From Candidatus Omnitrophota bacterium (lineage in GTDB: Bacteria > Omnitrophota > Gorgyraeia > Duberdicusellales > 4484-171): a stretch of 64,000 bases of DNA. This document shows, piece after piece, positions 37,261 through 45,176 of this stretch. Location: contig JBDRJF010000001.1 of the NCBI GenBank assembly GCA_043815185.1, positions 153,690-217,689 on the forward strand, in the 5' to 3' direction. A model generated the notes under the pieces. It had not been told where the DNA came from, ran no database searches, and was given only the letters and a program-made list of their open reading frames with translations. Within the stretch, counting starts at the first letter, position 1. Each line of letters opens with the position of its first letter. A program made the translations under genes and the position numbers.

Positions 37261-38220
37261 TTATCTAAGAATATGCACTTCTTCCTGGTTACCTTTAGAG
37301 AGAACTAAAAATATCCTCATGGTTGAAGGGACTCTAGCCAGAAACTCCCTTATACCATCTAAGCCAAGAATAAAAAAAGCAGTAGCCAGGCTGTCGGCAG
37401 TAAAACAATTCTTGGTTATCACAGTCACACTTCTCAGATCATTATCTACCGGGTATCCCTTACGGGGATCAATCAGATGGGGGTAATCTTTACCTTGATA
37501 AGAAAAAAACTGTTCATAGCCCCCTGAGGTAGCTATAGCTTCATCAATTAATGATTGGGTCCTTAAAATATCCCTTAGCTGGCCGGGATCTTTTATGCCG
37601 ATTTCCCAGGGTTGCCCAAGTTGCTTTCCCAAACAATAGATGTCTCCGCCGGCATTAATCAAAGCACTCTCTATGCCTGTTTGCTTTAATTTAGCTATTG
37701 CCTTATCTACGATATAGCCCTTGGCAATGGCACTTAAATCAATAATTAAACCCTTCTTTTTTACTATTACTGTTCCGGTTTGGGAATCAACTTCTATAGC
37801 CTCTACTCCTCCCAATTCTCTTATCCTGGCCACTGCCTCGGGAGCAGGAAAACTCTTTACTGCTCCTTTACTAATTAACTCTTTCCAAAATTGATAGAGT
37901 GCGCCATGAGTTACGTCAAAGGCACCTTTACTTAAATCATAAACTTGCCGGCTAAGGCCTAAAATTTCGATTAATTCGGCCGAAGCTTTAAAAGGCTGGT
38001 TATAAGTCTTATTCAACCGGGAAATCTCCGAGTTTGGATCGTATAAATTAAAGATTTTATCCAAACGCTTAAACTCCTGATAAACAATACCGGCAGCTGC
38101 TGGATCAGCCGAGGTTACTTCCAGGTATGTTCCCAGGATTAGAAACTTCTTTCGATATAAAGGCTTTTGGCAAGAAGCAAAAATCAACAAAATGATTAAA
38201 ACTGCTATTTTTTTAACCAC
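37261..38220 (-). CDS. apbE: FAD:protein FMN transferase (ApbE family lipoprotein)
   Basis: 319 aa with a signal peptide and lipobox LLIFASC, then AKGY and AIATSGGYE. Confidence 0.8.
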   Translation of the reverse strand: MVKKIAVLIILLIFASCQKPLYRKKFLILGTYLEVTSADPAAAGIVYQEFKRLDKIFNLYDPNSEISRLNKTYNQPFKASAELIEILGLSRQVYDLSKGAFDVTHGALYQFWKELISKGAVKSFPAPEAVARIRELGGVEAIEVDSQTGTVIVKKKGLIIDLSAIAKGYIVDKAIAKLKQTGIESALINAGGDIYCLGKQLGQPWEIGIKDPGQLRDILRTQSLIDEAIATSGGYEQFFSYQGKDYPHLIDPRKGYPVDNDLRSVTVITKNCFTADSLATAFFILGLDGIREFLARVPSTMRIFLVLSKGNQEEVHILR

Positions 38221-39932
38221 TTAACAAGTTCCTCCCAACCCATACAATTCACAATATCTGCTTTTTCTAACCACCCCCGGCTGGCCAGGTTTAAACCCAG
38301 CTCCATGAATTCTAATTGTTCAATTGCATGAGAGTCTGTGTTGATGGCCAACTTCACCCCTCCTTTTTTTGCCCGCATTGCGCTGGAGTCTCTTAAATCC
38401 AAACGATAGGGGTGAGAATTAACCTCTAAAGCTACTTTGTAGTCGCGGCAAACTTGGATAATCCGGCCTAAGTCAATCTCATAAGGATCCCGGGAACCCC
38501 ACAATACGCCGGTAGGATGGGCAATAATATTTACGTACTTATTCTTACAAGCAGTAACAATCCTTTGAGTCAACTGCTCCCGGGATTGTTTAAAACCACT
38601 ATGAATTGCGGCAATAACAAAATCTAACCGGCTTAAGACCTTATCCGGATAATCAAGGCTGCCGTCGCCTAATATATCAACTTCTGCTCCGGCTAGTACC
38701 TTTATATTCTTTAACTTTTTATTTACCCTCTTAATTTCCTCAATCTTCTCATAAAGCTGCTCTATCGATACTCCTTTGGCTATTCTTAACCCTTGAGAAT
38801 GATCAGCTACTCCCAAATACTCATAGCCCCGTTTCTTTGCTGCCCTGGCGATTTCTTCAATACTGTTTCTTCCGTCACTATAGTTGCAATGAACATGAAG
38901 ATCGCCCCTGATATCTTTCAGATTAACCAATTTAGGCAGATTTTTCTTTAAGGCGGCCTCTATTTCTCCCAAGTCTTCGCGTAACTCCGGCCGAATATAG
39001 TCCATTCCCAAAACTGTGAAGATACCTTCTTCACTGGCACCGGCGATAAACTTCTCACCTAACTTCTTGCCTTGAGAAAATAATCCGTACTCGTTGATCT
39101 TGTAATTATTCTTCATGGCCAGCTGTCTGAGTTTTAGATTAAACTCTTTGGAACCGGTAAAATAAAGTAAGGCTGAACCAAAACTCTTTTTATCCACCAC
39201 CCTTAAATCAACCTGGATATTGTTGTCCCGGGCTAAAACTGAAGACTTAGTCTGGCCCTTAAGCAGAACTTGCGCCACTAAAGGAAGTGAGGCGAATTTA
39301 TCCATAACCTTTTTAGGATTTGATGAGATAACTAAAATATCAATATCTCTGATTGCTGCTTTCTTCCTTCTAAGCGAGCCGGCTACTTCAATCTTTCTAA
39401 CTTCTTTGATCTTTTTTAGCTCTTTAATAAAACTATCGGCAGAACATTGGGCAAGATAAAAGGGAGTTCTTTCGCGGCCTTTTTTTAAGATTGCCACCCC
39501 TCTTAAGATGTTTTCTACGGTTTTCTCTCTTATCCCCGCCAATTGAGCTAATGTCCCTGCTTGGGCAGCTTTGATTAGCTTATCAATACTATCAATTCCC
39601 TTCTTTTCATAAATAAGCCTGACTGTCTTAGGGCCTAAACCGGGAATCTGAAGCAGCTCAATTACTCCAGCCGGAATATCTTGTTTTAACTTCTGATAAA
39701 ACTTCAGTGAGCCAGTTGAAACTATCTCTTTGATTTTAGCGGCTAAATCACTGCCGATTCCGGGGACAGTAGTTAGCTGCTCCTGATTAACCTTATCTTC
39801 TAACTCATCGCCTAGTTTTTCTACTGCTTCTGCGGCTCGGCTGTAGGCCCGAATCCGAAAAGGGTTATCGCCTTTTAGCTCTAAAATCACAGCGATTTCT
39901 CTGAAGATGCCGGCAATTTCCTGACTCCTCAT
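38205..39932 (-). CDS. polX: DNA polymerase/3'-5' exonuclease PolX (Pol-beta-like domain plus PHP domain)
   Basis: 575 aa with HhH motifs VPGIGSDLA and IPGLGPKT, the nucleotidyltransferase motif GSLRRKKAAIRDIDILV, and the PHP motif DLHVHCNYSDG. Confidence 0.85.
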   Translation of the reverse strand: MRSQEIAGIFREIAVILELKGDNPFRIRAYSRAAEAVEKLGDELEDKVNQEQLTTVPGIGSDLAAKIKEIVSTGSLKFYQKLKQDIPAGVIELLQIPGLGPKTVRLIYEKKGIDSIDKLIKAAQAGTLAQLAGIREKTVENILRGVAILKKGRERTPFYLAQCSADSFIKELKKIKEVRKIEVAGSLRRKKAAIRDIDILVISSNPKKVMDKFASLPLVAQVLLKGQTKSSVLARDNNIQVDLRVVDKKSFGSALLYFTGSKEFNLKLRQLAMKNNYKINEYGLFSQGKKLGEKFIAGASEEGIFTVLGMDYIRPELREDLGEIEAALKKNLPKLVNLKDIRGDLHVHCNYSDGRNSIEEIARAAKKRGYEYLGVADHSQGLRIAKGVSIEQLYEKIEEIKRVNKKLKNIKVLAGAEVDILGDGSLDYPDKVLSRLDFVIAAIHSGFKQSREQLTQRIVTACKNKYVNIIAHPTGVLWGSRDPYEIDLGRIIQVCRDYKVALEVNSHPYRLDLRDSSAMRAKKGGVKLAINTDSHAIEQLEFMELGLNLASRGWLEKADIVNCMGWEELVKWLKK

Positions 39933-39944
39933 AAAAAAATGATT

Positions 39945-40376
39945 TTACTTACTGGCTTTATAGTCAGCAGAGACTTTATTTTTAATCCCCCCCCGGGAGG
40001 TAAATTCTCCGATTACTACAATCTGATAAGGTTTTAATACTTTTTTTAAATCTCCGAGGATTTTATTTACCACATGTTCATTGTAAATTTTTACATTGCG
40101 AAAGGAATAAAGATAGTACTTTAAAGACTTAAGTTCAATCAGCTTATGCCGGGGGGTATATTTTATGGTCAGCCTGGCAAAATCGGGAAGGCCGGAAAAG
40201 GGGCAAAGACAAGTAAACTCATCGGTAGCTAACTCGGTTGTAATTTTTTGCCGGGGATATTCGTAGGAGATAGTCTTTAAAATCGTTGAGTCTAAGTCTT
40301 GCGGCAGGGAAGCTTTACCGGCAGTCTTCCTGGCTTTTTTCTCACTCAAAGGAGCTGATCGGTTTTCGTAAATCAT
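39945..40376 (-). CDS. queF: NADPH-dependent 7-cyano-7-deazaguanine reductase
   Basis: Contains the QueF motif EFTCLCPFSGLPDFA plus the E..SLK.Y pattern. The ORF track extends to 40439, but I prefer the ATG at 40376 (MIYENRS...), which removes the overlap with the upstream gene. Confidence 0.85.
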   Translation of the reverse strand: MIYENRSAPLSEKKARKTAGKASLPQDLDSTILKTISYEYPRQKITTELATDEFTCLCPFSGLPDFARLTIKYTPRHKLIELKSLKYYLYSFRNVKIYNEHVVNKILGDLKKVLKPYQIVVIGEFTSRGGIKNKVSADYKASK

Positions 40377-40398
40377 CGGAATAGTTTTAAAAAGATTA

Positions 40399-41001
40399 CT
40401 AATTGCCGGGAATACAATAGGCGACCATCTCGGTAGCATCTACCGATTCACTAGTATCCCCTTGGCACCCGTAAGAATTTCCCGACTGCCTCAGAGCCGG
40501 TGCCCAGGAACCATTACCTTCACCGTCATTGGTATTGGACCCGTAGGCGCAAAAAACCCGGATATCTCCGGCATTACAATACACAATATTATTGGCACAA
40601 CCAACACAGCGGCCGGTAGAACGGGAATACATCCTGTTAAAAGTACTTTTTGCTGCCGCGCCGACAGCTTCCCAGCTTCCCACACCAGTAGCATCAGAAA
40701 CTAATATTTTATCAGCTCCCGGGCTGCCTTCGCGGATCCGAACCTGGCCGTTAACATCTAATTTTTGTGTTGGTGCGTCTGTCCCGATACCGGTACTACC
40801 GTTAACAACAAAATCACCGTCACCTAATGCCACATTCCGATAACTGCTGCCAATAGCCAGCTGATTAGTCCGAATCTCCTTATAAACCCCGTATGGCGCC
40901 GGGTAGTAGGTGGTAAGGGTGAAATTTTCGGCAGAAACAAAGTAATAAACTAAACCGATAATCAAAATAAACCAAAATCCAATAAGGCTAAGTTTTTTCA
41001 T
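40399..41001 (-). CDS. secreted tail-fibre-like protein with Cys-rich C-terminal domain (paralog 2)
   Basis: 200 aa. The signal peptide is MKKLSLIGFWFILIIGLVYYFVSA, followed by ENFTLTTYYPAPYGVYKEIR (colinear with paralog 1). Next comes a fibre-type motif GSTGIGTDAPTQKLDVNGQVRI..GSPGADKILVSDATGVGSWE, then a 6-Cys C-terminal region. An AAGGGGGGA Shine-Dalgarno sequence precedes the start. Confidence 0.65.
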   Translation of the reverse strand: MKKLSLIGFWFILIIGLVYYFVSAENFTLTTYYPAPYGVYKEIRTNQLAIGSSYRNVALGDGDFVVNGSTGIGTDAPTQKLDVNGQVRIREGSPGADKILVSDATGVGSWEAVGAAAKSTFNRMYSRSTGRCVGCANNIVYCNAGDIRVFCAYGSNTNDGEGNGSWAPALRQSGNSYGCQGDTSESVDATEMVAYCIPGN

Positions 41002-41060
41002 TCTTATCCCCCCTTTTCATTTTGTTAAGGTTAAGCCCCAAACGGATATCAATTATAGTT

Positions 41061-41089
41061 ATTATACGTTTCATCCTCTGCTTGGACAA
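41061..41089 (-). promoter_or_regulatory. candidate own promoter of fibre paralog 2 (TTGTCC-17-TATAAT)
   Basis: On the minus strand, TTGTCC is at 41084-41089 and TATAAT at 41061-41066. Confidence 0.4.
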
Positions 41090-41108
41090 ACTATTTTTAA
41101 AAAAATGG

Positions 41109-41861
41109 TTAAGGAATTAACTGTAAATTCCGGGCAGAGAAATCCGATTTAGCTAAATCATAAAATTCAAAGTGATAAGCCAGAAATCTTCCTAGAATAT
41201 AAGCAATCTCCTCTTGGCAAGAATTAGCAACCTTAAGCCGGCAAACAAGAGGAAAATCAGTCTTCTGAATGTAGAGTAAGGATTGTGAAGCTTGCTTGCT
41301 AATCCGTTTAGCATCTCCTATCCTTTCGATACAGCGCTTACAGATAAGCCCCCCTCTGGCCACGCTGAAGGAAAACTCGCTATCCAAAAGACTCTTACAG
41401 CTTAGACAGTGGTTAAGCTCGGGTTTAAACCCCGAAAAAGTAAGGAATTTTATTAAAAAAATATAAAGAATCTTAGATTCATCCTCATCCTTCAAAGAAT
41501 TTAAACAACTGTTCACTAATTTAAAGATATACTGATTACTATCCCAGAAAGGTGTTGTCTTATCTAAAAGATTAAACAAAAGCGCAGCCACTTTGGCCTT
41601 AGCGATATCTTCTCGTAAGTAAGGGTAATCGGAGATTAAATCAGTATGCGAGATAAGCCAAATTTCACTCTTTTTAGGATAAAAAATTAACTCATTGAGG
41701 CTGAATATATCTAAGGAAGAAGAAAATTCTTTCTTGGAGGTATAAAAACCTTTAAATATTCCGCTTATTTTACCAAAACGCGAAGTGTAAAGGGTAGCGA
41801 TTAGGCTTGTCTCCCTAAAATTATATCGCTTTAAAACAAACCCCAGGTCTTTTTCAATCAT
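41109..41861 (-). CDS. recO: DNA repair protein RecO
   Basis: 250 aa with an N-terminal OB region (VLKRYNFRETSLI) and a Zn finger CLSC...CKRC. Confidence 0.8.
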   Translation of the reverse strand: MIEKDLGFVLKRYNFRETSLIATLYTSRFGKISGIFKGFYTSKKEFSSSLDIFSLNELIFYPKKSEIWLISHTDLISDYPYLREDIAKAKVAALLFNLLDKTTPFWDSNQYIFKLVNSCLNSLKDEDESKILYIFLIKFLTFSGFKPELNHCLSCKSLLDSEFSFSVARGGLICKRCIERIGDAKRISKQASQSLLYIQKTDFPLVCRLKVANSCQEEIAYILGRFLAYHFEFYDLAKSDFSARNLQLIP

Positions 41862-42300
41862 TATATTTTTGGTTTAAATTAAAAAACTGGCGTTGCTTTC
41901 TTTCCATAATCGCCCGCTTAAGCCTAGTGCGGTCATCATATCCTAGTAAATGCAAAATGCCATGGATAAGATAAAGCTTTAACTCATCCTGCCACCTAGC
42001 GCCTATTTTTTTAGCAATTTTGGTGGCTGCTTCAACTGAAACTACTATCTCCCCTAAATAATCCGGCTCTAACGCATCTTTTAAGGGAAAAGCTATTACG
42101 TCGGTAAAAGAATCCTTTTTAAAATACTTCTTATTCAGTTTCTTTATGAGGGTGTTATCACACAAAAGAATTGATAACTTTTCAGAGGAAATATTTCCGC
42201 CTTCGGCGGAAAGAGAGACGAGTATTCTCTTTAAGTATTTATGTAAAGCTTTAAGATTTATTCTCTTTATTTTTTGTTGATTTATTACTTCTATTCTCAT
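41854..42300 (-). CDS. ybeY: rRNA maturation endoribonuclease YbeY
   Basis: 148 aa with the metal motif HGILHLLGYDD. Confidence 0.9.
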   Translation of the reverse strand: MRIEVINQQKIKRINLKALHKYLKRILVSLSAEGGNISSEKLSILLCDNTLIKKLNKKYFKKDSFTDVIAFPLKDALEPDYLGEIVVSVEAATKIAKKIGARWQDELKLYLIHGILHLLGYDDRTRLKRAIMERKQRQFFNLNQKYND

Positions 42301-43642
42301 CCTTGGGATAATTTATGCGGGTGTGGAAGATAGCATTTAAGATACGGATAAAACTTTGGGTGATTTTTTCTAACTCTTTCAAGGTGAGATTACTCTCATC
42401 TAACTCCCCTTCCATAAATCGTTTCTTAACTACTTCTCTGGCCAGCTCCTCTATTCTTGCCGGGGTAGGTTCCTCTAGAGTCCTCGATAAAGCTTCAATG
42501 GTGTCAGCTAAAGCCACAATTGCAATTTCCTTAACCTGAGGCTTAGGACCGGGATAACGATATTCCTCCTCATGCTTGCCCTCCGGTTCTAATTCTTTAG
42601 CCCGTTGATAGAAGTAATAAACCAGAGTCCTGCCATGGTGCTGAGATATAAAATCAATGATTTTGGGGTTAAGATGGTGTTTAATCGCCAGATCTACTCC
42701 ATCCTTTACGTGGTTGAAGATAATCAACTTGCTCATTGATGGCTTTAAATTCTTATGCACATCTTTATAGTTTACCAAGTTTTCCACAAAGTAATCGGGC
42801 TTAATCATCTTGCCAACATCATGGTAGTAAGCACCTACCCGAGCTATCAGGGAATTAGCACCGATAGATTCTGCGGCGGCCTCACTTAAATTCGCTACTA
42901 CCAATGAATGCTGGTATGTTCCCGGAGCCTCAAGAATTAATTTACGCAATAAGGGGTGGTTAAAATCGGACAGCTCAAGAAGGGAGATGTTGGTAACTAC
43001 CTTGAATATATACTCAAAAACCGGTAAGACTCCCAACACGATAAAGGATGATAACACTCCATTAAAAAGACATGTCTTTAAAAGATTAAAGTCTAAACCG
43101 GAGAGGCCAAAAAAGCTCTGCTCTCTCTCCATAAGAAAGGCTACGACGAATTGTATCAGGCCGGCAAAGAAGCCGGCACGGATTACCTGAAACCTGCGCC
43201 TAACCCGATAAGTTAACATACCGGCAATCAGGGCGGCGATGAAAAGGCTAAGACCGATATTAAGATTACCGCCATCCATACTTGCGCTTAAGAAAGAGAT
43301 AAAAAGAGCAAAGAGAAAAGAAAGCTCTAAGCTGTTAAAGAGCAGGGTAATCAGCATCACAAAACCAATAGCGGCAATGCCATATCCGGACAGCTTAAAG
43401 GTAACCATGGTCAGAAGCGGTATCAGAACTGCTACCGCTCCCAATATAGACAAATCCAGATATGAGGGCAAATTCTCCAGCCCCCTTATAAACCGGACAT
43501 AAATAAAAAGAATCAAGGCCAGAATTAAGAGAGAGAAGTCTATGGCATAGATAAAGAAGACAAAACCTGCGATACCGAAAAATACTAAACCAGTAAGTAG
43601 GTTGTTAAGATTAATTTCCCGTCTTGCTATAGAAATTTTCAT
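42251..43642 (-). CDS. 7TM-HD membrane phosphohydrolase (PgpH/YqfF-like), lacking the N-terminal extracellular domain
   Basis: 463 aa. About 7 hydrophobic helices start at residue ~15, followed by an HD domain (QHSLVVANL, YYHDVGK). The phoH-pgpH-ybeY-...-recO synteny matches that in Firmicutes. Confidence 0.75.
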   Translation of the reverse strand: MKISIARREINLNNLLTGLVFFGIAGFVFFIYAIDFSLLILALILFIYVRFIRGLENLPSYLDLSILGAVAVLIPLLTMVTFKLSGYGIAAIGFVMLITLLFNSLELSFLFALFISFLSASMDGGNLNIGLSLFIAALIAGMLTYRVRRRFQVIRAGFFAGLIQFVVAFLMEREQSFFGLSGLDFNLLKTCLFNGVLSSFIVLGVLPVFEYIFKVVTNISLLELSDFNHPLLRKLILEAPGTYQHSLVVANLSEAAAESIGANSLIARVGAYYHDVGKMIKPDYFVENLVNYKDVHKNLKPSMSKLIIFNHVKDGVDLAIKHHLNPKIIDFISQHHGRTLVYYFYQRAKELEPEGKHEEEYRYPGPKPQVKEIAIVALADTIEALSRTLEEPTPARIEELAREVVKKRFMEGELDESNLTLKELEKITQSFIRILNAIFHTRINYPKDENRSNKSTKNKENKS

Positions 43643-44591
43643 AAGCCTGGATTATTTCTTGAATTAAGGGATGACGCACTACATCTTTTTTGCCTAAATT
43701 AATAAAGTGTATACCTTTAATAGCCTTAAGAATCTGGATTGCTTTCTTAAGGCCTGTCGGTTGACCTCCAGGAAGATCGCTCTGGGTTATATCGCCGGTA
43801 ATCACCGCCTTAGAATCAAAGCCCAAACGAGTAAGAAACATCTTTAACTGCTCTGAAGTGCAATTTTGGGCTTCATCCAAAACAACAAAAGCATTATTAA
43901 GGGTTCGCCCCCGCATATAAGCTAAAGGTACAATTTCAATAATTCCCGTCTCTAAATAACCCTCGATAACTTCCGACTCCATCATATCATAGAGAGCATC
44001 GTATAAGGGGCGCAAGTAAGGACCTAGTTTAGCATGCATATCTCCGGGTAAAAACCCTAAAGATTCACCGGCTTCCAGAGCTGGCCGGGTCAAGACGATT
44101 CTGCTGGCCTCGGTCTTCATCAGGGAATTTACGGCCATAGCCATAGCTAAGTAAGTCTTACCGGTTCCGGCCGGGCCAGTAGCAAAAACAATATCATATT
44201 TTCGCATCGCCTCGAGATATTCTTTCTGTCCGGCAGTTTTAGGAAACACCAGCTTTTTCCGCGCTGAAGGAACTCTTATCCCCAGCTTACTATCGGAGAT
44301 CGCCTCTTCTTTCTTAAGAGAATACCTCTTGCTATTTAAAGAATGAGAGTTTAAGTATTGGCTCAATTCCTTCTGACTGAAAACAAAGCCCTCATTACCT
44401 AAAACGACAATCTTGTTAAGTAAAGAGGAAGCAGTATTTACCTTATCCTTGCTACCCTTAAGCTGAATTCCCTTTGGTTTTATGGCTATCGCTACACTCA
44501 ACTCTTTCTCCAAAAACTTTAGATTCTCATCAGCAACCCCAAAAATACACTGCAAACTTGAAAGGTCATTGATGACAATTATTTTTTGCAT
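43611..44591 (-). CDS. phoH: PhoH-like ATPase
   Basis: 326 aa with Walker A GPAGTGKTYLA and Walker B VLDEAQN. Confidence 0.9.
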   Translation of the reverse strand: MQKIIVINDLSSLQCIFGVADENLKFLEKELSVAIAIKPKGIQLKGSKDKVNTASSLLNKIVVLGNEGFVFSQKELSQYLNSHSLNSKRYSLKKEEAISDSKLGIRVPSARKKLVFPKTAGQKEYLEAMRKYDIVFATGPAGTGKTYLAMAMAVNSLMKTEASRIVLTRPALEAGESLGFLPGDMHAKLGPYLRPLYDALYDMMESEVIEGYLETGIIEIVPLAYMRGRTLNNAFVVLDEAQNCTSEQLKMFLTRLGFDSKAVITGDITQSDLPGGQPTGLKKAIQILKAIKGIHFINLGKKDVVRHPLIQEIIQAYENFYSKTGN

Positions 44592-44633
44592 AGTTATATT
44601 AACCCTGCCGGCTGCAGCTGATTAACCCGATGC

Positions 44634-45140
44634 TTAATTCTTGGGCAGAATTTTTATTTCAACTCCCGGGTATAACCGGTCAGGGCTCTTTAACACATCC
44701 TTATTAGCCTCGTAAAGGAAATTCCATTCTTTGGTTGTTCCATAAAATTTATGAGAGATCTTCTGCAATGTATCATTCTTCTGAATTGTATAATACCTGG
44801 TTTCTTCTATATCAACTGCCTCCGGTTCACTAATAACTTCTGCTGCCTCAGCCATCTCCTCTACCGAAAAAATAACCTCTGTCTCCCGGGTGGATTCTAT
44901 CTCCCCGGTTTTCTTAGCCTTACTAGCTTCAGGTGAATCAAACTCTACCTCTAATACCGATATTGTCCGGGTATTCCCCAGCCTATTTTCGCGTGGCTGA
45001 TCCTTAGTTTTTCCGGCTACATATCCCTGATTCCCGCTGATATCAAGATCTTTGCGGGGTTCTTCCTTCGTATAGTTTCGCATTGTTAAACATCCACTGA
45101 AAATGATAATCCCTATTACAATCCATAGCCTCCTCATCAC
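44634..45140 (-). CDS. LysM domain lipoprotein
   Basis: 168 aa with the signal peptide and lipobox IIIFSGC and a C-terminal LysM domain (YYTIQKNDTLQKISHKFYG...LYPGVEIKI). Confidence 0.7.
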   Translation of the reverse strand: MMRRLWIVIGIIIFSGCLTMRNYTKEEPRKDLDISGNQGYVAGKTKDQPRENRLGNTRTISVLEVEFDSPEASKAKKTGEIESTRETEVIFSVEEMAEAAEVISEPEAVDIEETRYYTIQKNDTLQKISHKFYGTTKEWNFLYEANKDVLKSPDRLYPGVEIKILPKN

Positions 45141-45176
45141 TACCCCCCTCCTGTTAAGCGTTACTTATAATCCCTA

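Noticed and set aside
40462-40843. Three stacked ORFs (two on the plus strand, one minus-strand alternative frame) overlapping fibre paralog 2.
   Set aside because: They are best explained by local G+C enrichment, which reduces stop-codon density. Only the 40399-41001 frame has a signal peptide, a Shine-Dalgarno sequence and homology to paralog 1.
40399-41001. The idea that fibre paralog 2 is a diversity-generating-retroelement target, given its Cys-rich, Asn-rich tip.
   Set aside because: The window contains no reverse transcriptase, no template-repeat copy of the 3' region, and no C-type-lectin-like terminal motif.
35658-41001. The idea that the two tail-fibre-like genes mark a prophage or tailocin.
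   Set aside because: No capsid, tail, baseplate, integrase or lysis genes are present. The intervening and flanking genes are panB, apbE, polX, queF, purB and recO, all co-oriented housekeeping genes.
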